A stretch of 54,232 nt of DNA from Prorocentrum cordatum (Eukaryota), in contig CAUYUJ010000257.1 of the NCBI GenBank assembly GCA_963575745.1, positions 62,001-116,232 of the forward strand, given 5' to 3'. The position numbers and the translations under genes were made by a program. The notes beneath the pieces were generated by a model. That model was not told where the DNA came from and ran no database searches. It saw only the letters and a list, made by a program, of their open reading frames with translations. This document shows positions 1 to 40,309 of the stretch, one piece after another. Numbering within the stretch: position 1 is the stretch's first letter; each line of letters opens with the position of its first letter.

Positions 1-3000
1 GTGTACATGAGGAAGATGGCGTCCCGTATCTTCGCGTGGTCATTCATGATGGTTGTTGAGTCTTGTCTGCTGGAGTCTTTTCCCCCCCACGGGTGTTGCT
101 CATCGCAAAGTCGTTTGCTGTTGTCGAGGCTCGGTATGGACTTCTTGTAGTAGATGGCGTCAATTGTACTATTCCGTATAGCTTCGTGAATAGCGTTGCT
201 CGTGTGGTCGGGACTTCTGTCGTTGTGCGTCTGACTCTTGTGGTTCGCAACGGTAAGTGATCGTACTCGTCGGTTTGCTGCTCGATGCCGTTGACGATGC
301 GCATAATGTCGTCACTGGTGGCATTCTGGTCGGTGATGAGCAGAATTGTCGAAGTCCGATTTGGCCTTTCGTTGCCTGCCTCCGATGTATCACCGTCGAT
401 TGTGTCGGGCAGCGCGTGGCGTAGGCGCCGATCGCGTGACTGGGCGCCTTCCATCTGTCCTCGTCGTTCGTCTTGCTCTTCATCTGCTTGCGGTGACAGG
501 AGAACTGGTACAGGAATTATCGTGGTTCGTTCGTCGTCCGCGCCTGTTCGTTGTGCGAGTGGTGGTCCGTGGAGGTGGACGCAATGGTGTTCTGCGTAGT
601 CTTCGGGTCGTCCTTTATTCTTGTTGGTCCGCCGTATTCGCCGTATCTCCTCGGCTATGGCGTCTGCTACGTCATCGTCGAGCCGCTTGCAGAACTGCAT
701 GGTGAGTGATGCACACTGTCGGCTGGTGCACATGTGCTTGAACAATCGGTTGACCGTCCAGTACTCCCTCATGCAGACCTGGCATGCATTCCCGTGGATG
801 TAGTTGATGATATTTTCCTGTTGGCTGTGGTTCGCGCGCATGTGCTTTTGATGCGCTGACTTGCTGTGCAGGATTTGCCCGCATTCGTAGCATAGATACC
901 TGATGTCGTGTTGAGGCACTTCACTGCCAGACATCGGGGTATTAGTGTCGTTGCAGGTGTCGTTGATGCGTCGCTTCCATGCAGCGTTGGCTGCTCTTTC
1001 TTTGTTGAACTCGATGGCTGCCTTGTAGGAATGTGTGATTACACTCTTGAATTTGGAGGGTTCGTCTTTCGCCATGCCTATCCAGTTGCGTATGTCGTCG
1101 TGGTTGAGCGTGTTATGGTGCTTGCTAGTGTAAGTATTGATGTGGTGGAGGTCGTCTGCAATCGTAGTGGACTATCTGCCGTTGTTTTCGATGTCGCAGT
1201 CCAGCCGGGCTCTGAGTTCCGTCGGGCACGCGGTGGTGAGCCGCAGAATCTTCCGTAGCCTTCCTTGCCGTTGTCGTTGTGATAGTGTCGCGATGTTTGC
1301 CCAGCTGATGACCTCGATGCTGGTGATCTTCTCGCGCTGGGTTGTCTGGCGGTCGATGCCCAATGCCATCCTCACAGCCGATGTGTAGGCAGTGGTGATC
1401 CTGTCCGTGTCGGGTTTTCATGCAGGTATCCAGGTACCTGCGTTGTACAGTAGTCGTGAGTAGCCAAAAGCATTGAGGTAATGGATCTTGGCCGTGTTCG
1501 TGATCTTGTCGCGCTTGAACACCGTCTTTCGGAGTGGTGTGGTAGCCTCCTTTAGAGCAAGTGCTCGTGTTGCAGCTTCCTGGGAGAAGTCGTTCCGATC
1601 GTTCGCCATTACGCCCAGGACTTTGAGCGAGCGCGTCATAGTGACTGGCATCCCCATGTCCGTGTACTGCTGCTGGTCGATAAGCATTTGTCTCACGATT
1701 ATGTTTCCATCCTTGCTGTTGGCGAAGATAAGGAAGTTGGACTTGATAGTGTTTATGTGATGCCCTCGTGGTAGTGTCGTTCGTATCAGTAGCCCCCGCA
1801 TGGTTGTGACAGTGAACTCGATTGCCTTGCCGTCCGTGACCGTTGCCATAGCTTTCACGTCGTCGACGAATGATGTTGCCGTCATGTGCTGTTCCTCGGG
1901 CGTCATGCTGAATACTGGTGGACTTGCTGGTATTCTTACGGTGACCTCAGCTTTGATGGCCTCTTCGCGATATTCTTTTGTGACTGCAGACATCAACGCG
2001 TTGAATGTGAAATCGGCAATCGGTACTTCTGGCCGTGTTCCCGGCCTTGGTGCTGCGTAGTCTGAGTCGTGCTCTGTGAAGAACCATGTGTTGCGGTGGG
2101 CCTCGGTCATCATCATGATCAGGTATTGGTTGTCTACGTGGGCGCTGACGATGCCGTTGTTGTGCATGAGGGCTTGGATGGCCGGTTGCGTGCATGGGGG
2201 ATGTCCATGTGGCTGATCAGGTTGTCGATGTCGTCGAAGCCCATCTGCATGTCGTATACCAAATTCGTTGCTACCTTGTGAAAAGCAGATTTCAAGTCGA
2301 CCATGATCATGATGAGGTTGGTTCCCTCCGCAGCTGCGCGGTTGAAGGTCAAGCGCATGATGAGGTGGTTATAGTCCGTGCTGTAGTGGTTTCGACTTCC
2401 CATCTGCGCGCTGAATAAAACAGCCCAGGTAGAACGTCCTTCATGCACTGACATAGGTACCTGTAGTGTTGCTTGATGATTGTGTTGGCGAGCGATGTTG
2501 ATCGGTGGTGTTGTAGCATCTCTTCGGTACCTTTCCCTTTTCCAGAGGTGTGTGTCATTCGCGATCCTTTGTGCGTCACTGCTTCTTGGATGAACAGTGC
2601 ACTCTATGTAATGAGCGGATGCATATGGCGTGCCATCTGTCGTGGTGCCGCGTGAGCGACTTCGTCGGTAACTTCGTCAGGCCCTGCAGCTCGTCCAAGT
2701 TTGGAAAGCGCCAGTTGTTCTTCGAGCTCGTAGATGCTGGCGAAGCTGTCGATGCTTCGAACCGTGGTGTTGTCGCAGATGTCGTCGGTGTTGTTGTATC
2801 GTGTTGAAATGTCGGTCTTTGTCATGAAGGCTGCAGCTTCTACGTTGCCAAAATAGTGAACAGCCTCGCTGTGCTTGGACGCAGCGTCTGTAATGATCTC
2901 GCCGTTGCTGTCGATCATCGTAGGGAATGTCCGTGTCTTGCGGCGCCTGCGCCCGCCAAAAAGTAGAAGCTTGCGTATTCTTTGCCATTCGTGGTATAGC

Positions 3001-3503
3001 TCATTGTTGTGCCTCGCTTCTGCTGCACGTGTCGCTTGCTGGTTGATGAACTCGTCGTAGTCGTCGTTGACCAGTCGTGATGATGTTTTTCGAGTGTCAT
3101 TGTACCGATCTCGTGCAGCGTCGAAGAAGCCGTTGTAGTCGTTGCTGTTGTTGGCGTGCTGGGCTTCCGTAGCGAGTCGTATGAGTCCGTTGTAGTGATG
3201 GTCGATGTACTTTGTCGGTAAGCTTCTGGTCGGGTGTTCGATGGTGTAGGCTATATCCTTCGAGATTCTTCGGGTAACAAGGTGGTGCTGTCGTCCATGC
3301 TGTGCTGCTTTCCGTAGTAGTTTGGCGAGTCGACGTCGGTCAATGATGAAAGCGAAGGTCTGTTCGGAGATGTACTGCTGCATCTTCTTGTGCTGGCTTT
3401 TAGGAAATGCTGCAGTGGCTGCCCCCACGATGCTGAGCGTGTAGAAATAGGCGTGCTGGTGTAGGCTGGTATACCAGTCGGGGATTCCGTCGCATCGAGC
3501 ATT
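1..3503 (-). mobile_element. Decayed, 5'-truncated non-LTR (LINE) retrotransposon ORF2: RT domain, C2H2 zinc finger, C-terminal extension running off the window
   Basis: Frameshifted minus-strand ORFs give RT motifs in order: LGRAAGPDEV (2604-3689), KGKG..HRSTSLAN (2349-2579), MVDLKSAFHKV (2134-2454), SFVDDV, LKVLGV and SRLLYNAGTW (1418-2167), then CYECGQILHSKSAHQKHMRANH (44-1075). The 5' end stops at a (CCT)n tract. Confidence 0.9.
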
Positions 3504-3722
3504 TGCTCCTCCTCCTCCTCCTCGTCCTCGTCCGCCTCCTCCTCCTTTTGGGGCACATCGATTCTCTGGTCGATCCCTTGCCCCAAACCCTGCAGTCCCT
3601 CCAACGGAGGCGGGCGCGGACGTCGGCGAGCGCCTGCCCGGGGAGCGCGCGGCCGAGGTTCCCGCCGCGGTCGACGACAGTGCCGGCACGCCGGTGGAGG
3701 CCCCCGGCCTCGCGAGTCAAAC

Positions 3723-3897
3723 CAGTGGCGAAGCGTCCTGGCGTGCCTCCAGGCCGACCAAGACCTGCTCTAAGAACCTTTTTGTGTGGTTTCCACGGAC
3801 TGCTCTGGGAACATTTCGGGCTGGGACTGTCCTGTTTTCACACAACTGGCTTTTATTCTAAGAACATTGGTTCTGTTCTCAGAACATTTTCCGGTTG
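3723..3897 (+). mobile_element. Partial copy of MITE family A (CAGTGGCGAAGCGTCCTGGC end)
   Basis: Aligns with 3924-4330, 38556-38776 and the reverse complement of 14283-14676. Confidence 0.7.
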
Positions 3898-3923
3898 ACG
3901 AGCGGGCCAGAACGCCGGTGGAG

Positions 3924-4330
3924 CAGTGGCGAAGCGTCTTGGCGTGCCCATAGTCGGAGGTGGACAGACCTCCTACCCTGACACGTCGATTCAGGAATTG
4001 GCCGTTCTCGGTTCGCGGGAGGGCGTCGCTGCCGTCATTTTCCAGGCTAGCGCCCGCAAGGTTTGGGCCCGATGTCGTTTTCACTAAACCACGTTTTACT
4101 AGAGGGGGTTTTGTCCATCCCCGACTATAGGCCGACGAAGCATTGGTTTAATAACCTTTCTTTCTGTGGTTTCCACGAGCTGTTCTAAGAACACTTCTGG
4201 CGGGGACTGTCCTGTTTTCACACATCGGCTTTGTATGCTCTGAGAACATAGTTTTTGTTCTCGGAACACTTCCGGGTTCTAAGAACATGTCGTGGTAGGC
4301 CTATCGAAATGCCGGGACGGTCGGTCCCTG
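3924..4330 (+). mobile_element. MITE family A with a nested TA-flanked TIR element (3951-4127)
   Basis: Ends CAGTGGCGAAGCGTCTTGGC...GCCGGGACGGTCGGTCCCTG (imperfect TIR). The inner element has TAGTCGGAGGTGGACAGACC / GGTTTTGTCCATCCCCGACTA inverted ends. Confidence 0.75.
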
Positions 4331-4396
4331 CTCAAATGAGGGGGGGGCCGCAGACGTGCTCGCAGCGCACGGGAAGTCGCGACGGGGCATTTCAGG

Positions 4397-4562
4397 TCAG
4401 GTCGGGGGTGTCTTCCTACAGGCTGATCTGGGACGAGAGATCAAACATGTTCCAACAACTATTCAACGAATCAGCAAAAATAGTCAGACACATCGTCCCC
4501 AGACGATTGTTTTGGAGCCTACTTTTGAATAGTCCTCCTGTAGAGGGACACGCCGGACTTGA
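4397..4562. mobile_element. MITE family B (PIF/Harbinger-like, 3-bp TNA flanks)
   Basis: TIRs GTCGGG.GTGTC.TCCTACAGG / CCTGTAGAGGGACACGCCGGAC. The same TIRs occur at 13048-13860, 45447-45605 and 46407-46556. Confidence 0.7.
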
Positions 4563-4674
4563 ATTTATGGCCTGGGGGCCCTCGCCGGGCCCCGGGGGAG
4601 ACGGGGTCGATCAGAGGAGGGAAGAGTATGCCCCTACCCCATACTTCTGCCCTTCGCCCGTTTTCCCCTTTTGT

Positions 4675-4774
4675 GGGCCTCATTGGAGGCCCTCGTCGCC
4701 ACCGCTGGATTCCTTTCGAAATCCTGGTCAGAACGCACCCCGGGAGAGGTCCGGGGAGTAGCAGTATCGGTACC
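4675..4774 (+). repeat. Dispersed repeat family C
   Basis: GGAGGCCCTCGTCGCC.CCGCTGGAT...CTGGTCAGAACGC...GGGGAGTAGC.GTATCGGTACC recurs at about 10677-10776, 15117-15191 and 39210-39267. Confidence 0.75.
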
Positions 4775-4991
4775 TTTCGGCCCGCCCTGTCGAAACTTCC
4801 GGGGGCCCCGTATTGAACGTACTATCGGACGAGAAGGATGTCATGGTGGGATTGGCTCAGGATGCGTTCCTTCCGTTGTTTCTGCAGCCCGTGTGGAACC
4901 GTGGGGGACCTCGGAGTTCTTGGTAACCCGCGTGTCATTCTCATGACCCTGCGCTTCTGAAACCAAGTCGTCGGATGTCTGGGGCTGGCAG

Positions 4992-32662
<27,671 letters not shown>

Positions 32663-35287
32663 GGGGTGCCTCTTTCTCCGCTCGTCCCTTCTCCTCCTCC
32701 TCCTCCTCCTGTCCGGCATCCTTTCCTGCCTCCTGCTCCTCCTCTGTGTTTTTTCCTACCTCCTCCTCCTCCTCCTCTTCCTCCTCCTCCTCCTCCTCCT
32801 CCTCCTCCTCCTCCTCCTCCTCCTCCCCTTTACCTCTCCTCCCCCCTACTACTCCTGCTCCTCCTCTCTGCCTCCTCCTCCTTCTCCTCTTCCTCCTCCT
32901 CTTTTTTCCTCCTCCTCATCTCCTCCTGTTCCTCCTCTCTGCCTCCTCCTCCCTTTCCTCGTCGATCCTCCTCTTTTTGTTCCCCCTCCTGTTCCTCTTT
33001 ATCCCCGTCGATTTAGACACGTCCCGCCGTTGGCCGACCGCTTGCTGGAGCCAGCTCGCCGCAGACCAGAAGAGGGTTCCTCCTGTTCATTTTGTTCTCT
33101 GGTAGAGGGAAGCAATTAGTAAACGCCCCCCTCTGCCCCCCAAGCTCAAAATTTGCACGCGCGGGGGAGACGGCGGTCGAGGTGCAACTCATCAGACCCA
33201 CCGCCAACTTTGAACATTGGGGGGAGGGGGAGGCGTTGACAAATGAATGTGGCATGAATGTTCGCTATTTCTTTCCGAGGCCTGTCCTCCTTCGGTGCGA
33301 CCGAGAGGGGGATTGCCCTCTTCGTCCCTCGCGGAGTCGTCGTGGTCGTTTCGATCCAGGCCGCCCAGAGGGTCGCCATGAAGCTGGCGGGTCCGGAGGG
33401 GACCGGGTCCAGAAGTCATTTCGTAATTATCGGGCTCTTGCGGTTCCCCCTCTGCCCCAAGACCGTCAAGAGACATGATGGAAAGCTGTCAGGAGGAAAA
33501 GACACACACAGACACACGTAGTCGTCGATTCCCAGGAGAATAAGGGAACATGTGATGGGAAGTGGGGGGGACGACGAAACTCGAGAAAGTACAAGAAACT
33601 ATAAGGAATCTTGGGATTTGTGTATTTATTTGTGTGTCCCTGGGTCCCTTCAAGCTGGTCCCTGGGGAAGGCCCATGGGGTCTACCGTTTCCCTCAGGAC
33701 CCGATTCAGTGATGCCAATGCCGGGAGGGAGCGAGAGTATCAATGACATGCCGTCGTTGGGGGTTTGCTTGCGTGGCATTTCTTTGATTTTGGGCGAGGG
33801 CATGGTGCTTGCGTCAGCAGTAACGCGCTGATGGGCTTTCCGCGGCGGCGTGTTCTTGGTAGTGCTTCTGCTCCACCACGTTGGTGTCGGAGGACGGCGC
33901 CTCATCGCCGATGTATCGGCGGTGCGGCTCGATCTGGGGCTTTAGTTTCTCCATGCCGACGTCGTCGATGCATCGGCGATGCATCGGCGATGCGGTGCGG
34001 TCCTCCGGCCTTATTTGCGGCGCCACGGCGGGGCGCATCTCGAGAAGCCAGCCAGGGTGCACCCCAGGAGGGGTCCAGGGGGCCGATCTTGAGCGGGCGT
34101 GGCGCCATCTCGTCGTCCTCCTCCTCCTCCTCCTCTTCCTCACCCTCCGCACACCTCTTCCGCCTCACTCCTCCTCCTCCTCCTCCTCCTCCTCCTCCTC
34201 CTCATCCTCCTCCGTTTTCACGTTCGGCAAACTTGGATCAGCTCGGATCGTAGTGTCTGTCCTCCTCCTCCTCCTCCTTCTTCTTTTTGAAGTTCGGCAA
34301 ATTTTGATCATCTCCGATCGTAGCCTCTGTCCTGGTCCTCCTACTTATCGTCCTCCTCATCCTCCCCCTCGTCCTCTTCCTCTTCCTCCTCCTCCTCCTC
34401 CTCCCTCCTCCTCCTCCTTCCTCCTCCTCCCCCTCCTCCTCCTCCCCCTCCCATCCTCCCCCTCCTCCTCTCCTCCTCCTCCTCTTCCTCCTCCTCCTCC
34501 TCCTCCTCCTCCTCCTCCTCTTCCTCTCGCCTTTCCTCCTCCTCCTCCTCCTTCTCCTCCTTCTCCCTCCTCCTCCTCCTCCTCCTCCTCCTCTCCTCCT
34601 CCTCTTCCTCCTCCTCCTCCTCCTCCTCCTCCTCCTTTCCTCCTCCCTCTCTTCGCCGTCCCCGTCCTCCGCGCCTTCACCTGCTCCACCCCTCCTCGTG
34701 TACGCAGCTTCCCTTTCTGATTCAGGCTGGCCGCGGCAAGAGCGGCCGCGGCCGCGGCCGCAGCAGTTAGCGGGGCGTCGGTGGAGGCTTGCGGGCGCCG
34801 TCGGCGAGGATTTTTGTTGGTGTGGTGTTGCTGCTCGGAGGAGAAAGGGCCCCGTCAGTCGACCGACGGAGGGGAGTGGGATTTGGAGTCGGCTGGGGGT
34901 TTGAGGTGGTCCAGCACTGCTTCCGCTCAGCAGGAAGGGTGGGAAGAGGTTCAAGGTTCGAGTCACGAGAAACATTTTGCCTTTCTCGGCCTCCAGGGGC
35001 CGTTTTCAGGCCCCAGGGCCGTCAAAAACGGATCCGGGTTGAAAAAGAACACCAGATGGACCCTGGGAGGGGTCTAGGGATTGATTTTGAACGGATTGGT
35101 CGCAGGTCGACCTTTTCAGTCGCAGGCTGACATTTTTTCCTGACGCATGTTGACCTTTTCGCCCTTGAGTCTCCAGATGTCTCTGGGGTCCACTGGAGGT
35201 TTACAGAGGTACCCTTGAGGCCACTGGGATGCCCCAAAAAGGGCCACGAGCGACCACAGACTTCGATCCTCGAACCTCGAACCTCGA

Positions 35288-35530
35288 ACGACGACGACGA
35301 CGACGGCAAGGGCGATGGCGACGGCGACAACGATGACCACCACCACCACCACCACCGCCACCACCATCACCACCACCACCACGACCACCACCGCCACCAC
35401 GACCACCACCACCACCACCACCACCACCACCACCACCACCACCACCACCACCACCACCACCACCACCACCACCACCACCACCACCACCACCACCACCACC
35501 ACCACCACCACCACCACCACCACCACCACC

Positions 35531-35605
<75 letters not shown>
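35288..35605. repeat. (CAC)n-(GAC)n compound microsatellite
   Basis: Directly visible. Confidence 0.95.
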
Positions 35606-35606
<1 letters not shown>

Positions 35607-36660
35607 AAAAGACGACCACGCGCGGTGAAAGGCTTGAGGCAGAAGGGGGGAGAGATGGAGGATGGCGAGGGGCTCGAGGGGGAGGGCGGATGAGGGCTTG
35701 AGGGCTCCTCGAGCCCTCGAGCCGTCCTCGAGCCCTCGAAGGGGCGCAGGCCGCAACGCCCGCAGGGCGCCCTGCGCTGGGCCCTCGCCTCTCCGAGGGG
35801 GGGCAGTGGGCCGGGGCCCGTGGTCGCCGCCGCCGCCGTCGCCGCGGCCGCTTCCAGCGCCGCCGCCGCCGCCGCCCCTCCCTCGTCGCCGCCGCGGCAG
35901 TCGCCGCCGCCGCCGCCCAGCGCCGGCGGCGGCGACGGCTGCGCCGGCGGTGGTCATGGTCGTGGCGGCGGCGGCGACGGCTCGAATGCCAGAGTGAACA
36001 GCTTTTTATGACGATCGATCGTCGTAAACAAACTACTCCGACGGTAGGACCCCGCGTGAGAATCTGTTTAATTTGCCTGGGGATCTCCTCCTGCCCCCTC
36101 CCTTCTCCCACCTACTCCTGCCTCCTCCTGCTCCTTCTGCCCGCTCCTCCTCCTGCCTCAACCCCTGCCTCCTCCTTCTCCTCCTCCTCCTCCCCCTCCT
36201 CCTCCTCCTCTTGCCTCCTCCACCTCCTCCTCCTCCTCCCCTTCTCCTCCTCTTTCCCTCTCCCTCTCCCTCCGCCTCCTCCTCCTCCTTCTCCTCCTCC
36301 TCCTCCTCCTCCTTCCTCTTCCTCCTCCTCCTCCTCCTCCTCCTTCCCCCCTCCGCCTCCTCCCCCCTCCCTCTCCTCCTGCCTCCTCCTCTTGGCCTCT
36401 CTCCTGCCCCTCCTCCTCCTCCCACTGGGGCCTCTGGGGTCAGGGCCTGGATCCTTTCTGGGGTGGGGGAGACCTCCTGGGGCCAGGGCTTTAGTCCTCC
36501 TCCTCCTCCTCCCCTCCTCCTCCTCCTCCTCCTCCTCCTCGTCGTCCTGTTCCCCCTCTGACTCCTCCTCCTCGTCTTCCTCCTTCTCTTTCTCGTCCTG
36601 CACCCTCCTCCTCCTCCTCCTCCTCCTCCTCCTCCTCTTGTTCCTCGTGCGGAGCACGAC

Positions 36661-38230
36661 CTAGAGGAAACGCGCGACGCGCGCGTGACGACCCAGAGAA
36701 AACACATATAGGGAGGGGGCTCCCGCTTGAAATTTCTTCGCACGTCACTCGCAAACGAGGCTCCCGCCTCATACTTCCTCCATTCAGGCCCCAGGAGCCC
36801 AAAAGCGACGACAGCTACAGGAGGCCGACGACCCGCCTCGAATTCGAACAGAGCAGAAAAATGAGGACAGTTACAGGAGGCCGATGACCCGCTTCGGATT
36901 GGAAACATGAGCTGAGGGCCCCGTTGGAAGGGGGCTCCCGCTTGAGACTGATACTCCATATTCAGGCCTCAGGAGCCCAAAAGTGACGACAGTTACAGGA
37001 GGCCGATGGCCCGCTCGGATTAGAAACATGAGCTGCGAGACCCGTTGGAAGGGGGCTCCCGCCTGAGACTTTCTCGCAATTGACTCACAGACGAGGCTCC
37101 CGCCTTATAGTTCCTCCATATTCGGGCCTCAGGAGCCCAAAAGTGAGGACAGCTACAGGAGGCCGATGACCCGATTCGGATTCAGAATCTGAGGTGAGGG
37201 CCCCATGGGGCTCCCGCCTGAGACTTCGTCGCAAGTCATTCACAGACGAGGCCCCCGCCCGAGACGACACACAGGTGAGTTATGATCGTGATGATGTGAG
37301 TGCTGATGATGATCGAGATGATGATGAGGTCAGTAAGTGAGTGTGCGAAGGGAGAAGAAACTGAAGGTGTTATGATGATGATGGTGCGTGAATGATTGAG
37401 CGAGAGAACGTGCGAAGGCAGAAAAGGAGAGGGGGTGAGGTGACAGGACTGCGCGGGGTGTCCAGAGAAAATGATCGAAAGTGGTCGAGTTAGTGCAAAT
37501 GAGTGTGTAAGTGATGCTATTCCCCAATCAGAGCTTGCCTCTGTAGGGGTCCTAGCGGATTCATATGTTTAGGTTCGGTTTGCCGCCGATTTTCGCCGCA
37601 CGCCCGGGTGCCCGGGGGTGCCCGGGTGCCCGGGGGTGCCCGGGTGCCCGCGTGCCCGGGGGTGCCCAGAGGTGCCCATGGGGTGCCCTGAGGTGCCCCG
37701 GGGTGCCCAGGTGCCCCGGGGTGCCGGGGTGCTCTATCGCCCTATAGCCCTATAGCTCTATAGCCCTATATCCCTATAGACCTATCGACCTTTAGACCTA
37801 TGGCCCTATAGCCCTATAGCCCTATAACCCTACAGGCCTAATAGCCCTATAGCCCTATAGCTCTATAGTCCTTATGCCCTATAGCCCAACCGCCCTATAG
37901 CCCTATAACCCTACAGCCCTTATAGGCCTATAGCCCTATAGCCCTATTGCCTTGTAGCCCTACAGCCCTATGTTGCTGCAGCCCTATAGACCTATAGTCC
38001 TATAGCCCTAGCCCTATGGTCCTATAACTGTATAGCCCCATAGCCCTACAGCCCTAAACATATTATGATTGTTTTTTTTTCTCCGGTATCATGTTGATGC
38101 TGTGATGATGATGTGAGTGTGTGTGTGTGAGTCTGTGAGGGAGAAGAGAGGAGGTCTTCCTTCCATCCTGTTACTGCGCGGGGTGTCCAGAGAAAGCAGG
38201 AGCTCCCCTTTGGATATGGGGAAACACGCA
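36661..38230 (-). mobile_element. Non-autonomous Helitron-like element (inverted relative of 42360-44360)
   Basis: Reverse-complement copies of the 160-bp repeat (36700-37262) and of the CACCCCGCGCAG block. On the minus strand it ends in hairpin ACGCGCG-CGT-CGCGCGT followed by TTCCT-CTAG. Confidence 0.5.
37563..38063. mobile_element. TIR-bounded element filled with (CCCGGGTG)n and (GCCCTATA)n repeats
   Basis: ATATGTTTAGG ... CCTAAACATAT perfect 11-bp inverted ends. Confidence 0.6.
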
Positions 38231-38555
38231 TCTTTTATGACGACCGATCGTCACCGAAATACCCATTTTTAAACGACGATCGATCGTCCTTACAAAGTTG
38301 TTCACTTCGGAGCTTGAGCTCTGGCACGATGGGTGGCGGCGACGGCCGTGCGGCGGCGGCTGCGACGGTCGCCGCCGTCGCCGCCGCAGGCCGCCGCCGC
38401 CCCGCGCCGAGCCGACGCGGCCCTCCCGCGGCGGCGGGCGGAGGGGCGGCCGCTCGTGGCGGTCGGCGGCCGCGCTCCTCCCCGCGTCTCTCCGAGCGCT
38501 CGCTGCCCGTTCGCCGCCGGCGCTGCCAGCGCCGTCGCCGCCGTCGTGCTCGTCG

Positions 38556-38776
38556 AGGGCGAAGCGTCCTGGCGTGGCGTTAGTCCTGCCAAACAATGTT
38601 CTGAGAAGCTTCGGTGGTTCCCACGACATGTTCTTGGAACCTTTCTGGCTGGGACGGTCTTGTTTTAGCACGTCGGGCTGCTGTTCTAAGAACATTGTTT
38701 TCGTTCTTAGAACATTCTTGGGTTCTACGAACATGTCGTGGTAGGACTATAGGAATGCCGGGACGGTCGGTCCCTG
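38556..38776 (+). mobile_element. MITE family A copy
   Basis: GGCGAAGCGTCCTGGCGTG ... AATGCCGGGACGGTCGGTCCCTG, colinear with 3924-4330 minus its insert. Confidence 0.75.
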
Positions 38777-40309
38777 CTCAAGTCGTGCTCGTCAGGGGCA
38801 GCGACAGTCAAGGGAAGAAAAAACTCCCGGATCCGAGAACTGGCGTGTGCGAAACGGCCTTGGGCTTTCACCAAACAGCCCAACCTTGCTCGATTCCTTC
38901 TCTAATCGGCTTCGCTTGTCTGGGTGGTTATTCTATTGGATGTTTTTGCCCTTTCGATAGGAGGGGATGGGCAAGCGCCCACTTATCGCCGCTGGGGGCT
39001 GCCCAGGGACGTGCGGGTTCGCGATCGGGGGCCTGTCGCCGATGTATCGGCGAATGTATCGCCGGTTCCAGGTCGAGGCGCCCCCCCCCTCGATGCTTTT
39101 CCCCCCCCCCTTCGCTGTCCCTCGGAGCAGCATCGCCTCGGAGGACGAGGAGCTACCGAGGCCTGTGCTCGTTCGTCCTGGTGGGCCCTGGACGGCACGG
39201 CTGAAGGATCCTCGAGAGCCTGGTCGGAACGCGCCCGAGGAGGTCCGGGGAGCAGCGGCACCGGTATCTGTTTCGGGTGTTGCTAGAAGTGCCCCTGGCC
39301 CAAGGTGCCCCCAGGATTTCCACGGAGGCCCCCACGGACTCCAGAGCACCCCTCACGAGGCCCAGAGGGCCCCAGGAGCTGCAAGATTGAGCGAAGAGCT
39401 GGGGGCACCTTGAGCCAGGGGCACCTTCAGCAACCCCAGGATTTTTGTTTCCCTATCGCCGCCGCCGGCGTTGGGTCGTCGTTGGCGTCGACGTCTTCGC
39501 CGTTTCCATCGCTGTCGCCTCCGCTGCTGCCGTCGCAGTCTGCGCTCACTGGTTCCCGGACATCTCCTGGAGTTTTCTTGGGGATATTCGGAAAGTTGCC
39601 AGGTGCTTCCCGAGAGTACTTCATCGGTGGGGAAGGGGGAGAGGACGATAGGGAGGCTCGGAAAGAGAGGGGAGGAGGAGGAGGAGGAGGAGGAGGAGGA
39701 GGAGGAGGAGGAGGAGGAGGAGGAGCGAGGATGGAAGGATCAGTAGGAGGGGAGGAGGAGAGGCGGAGGAGGAGAAGGCCGAAGGAGGAGGTGGTGTTGA
39801 TGATGCTACGCTAGCTGCCTGCTGATGATGAGGAAGAAGATTATGATGATGAACGACGATGATGATGTTGTTATGATAAGATATGGTATGATGCTGAAAC
39901 TATCATGATGATGAGATGATGATGATAGATCTGATGAAGATTATGATGATGAGATGATGAGAGGAAGGAGAGGATGTGAGGAGGAGGAGGAGGAGAGGAG
40001 GAGGAGGAGAGGAGAGAGGAGGAGGGAGCAGAGGAGCATAGGAGAGGAGGAGGAGGAGAGCAGGAGGAGGAGGAGAGGGGGAGGACGAGGACGAGAAGAA
40101 ACGGGAGGGAGAGAGGAGGAGGAAGAGGGTGAGGAGGAGGAGGAGGAGGAGGTCGGTTGGTGGATGAAGCAGTTAAGAGAAGGAGGAGGATGTGGATGAG
40201 GAGGAGGAGGAGGAGGAGGAGGAGGAGGAGGAGGAGGAGGAGGAGGAGGAGGAGCAGGAGGACGCTGACTTGCATGGGAGGACGAGGAGGACGAGGATTA
40301 GGATTAGGA

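Noticed and set aside
4852..4860. TTGGCTCAG as an SL relic upstream of the main gene
   Set aside because: The match is too short and no in-frame ATG follows before exon 1
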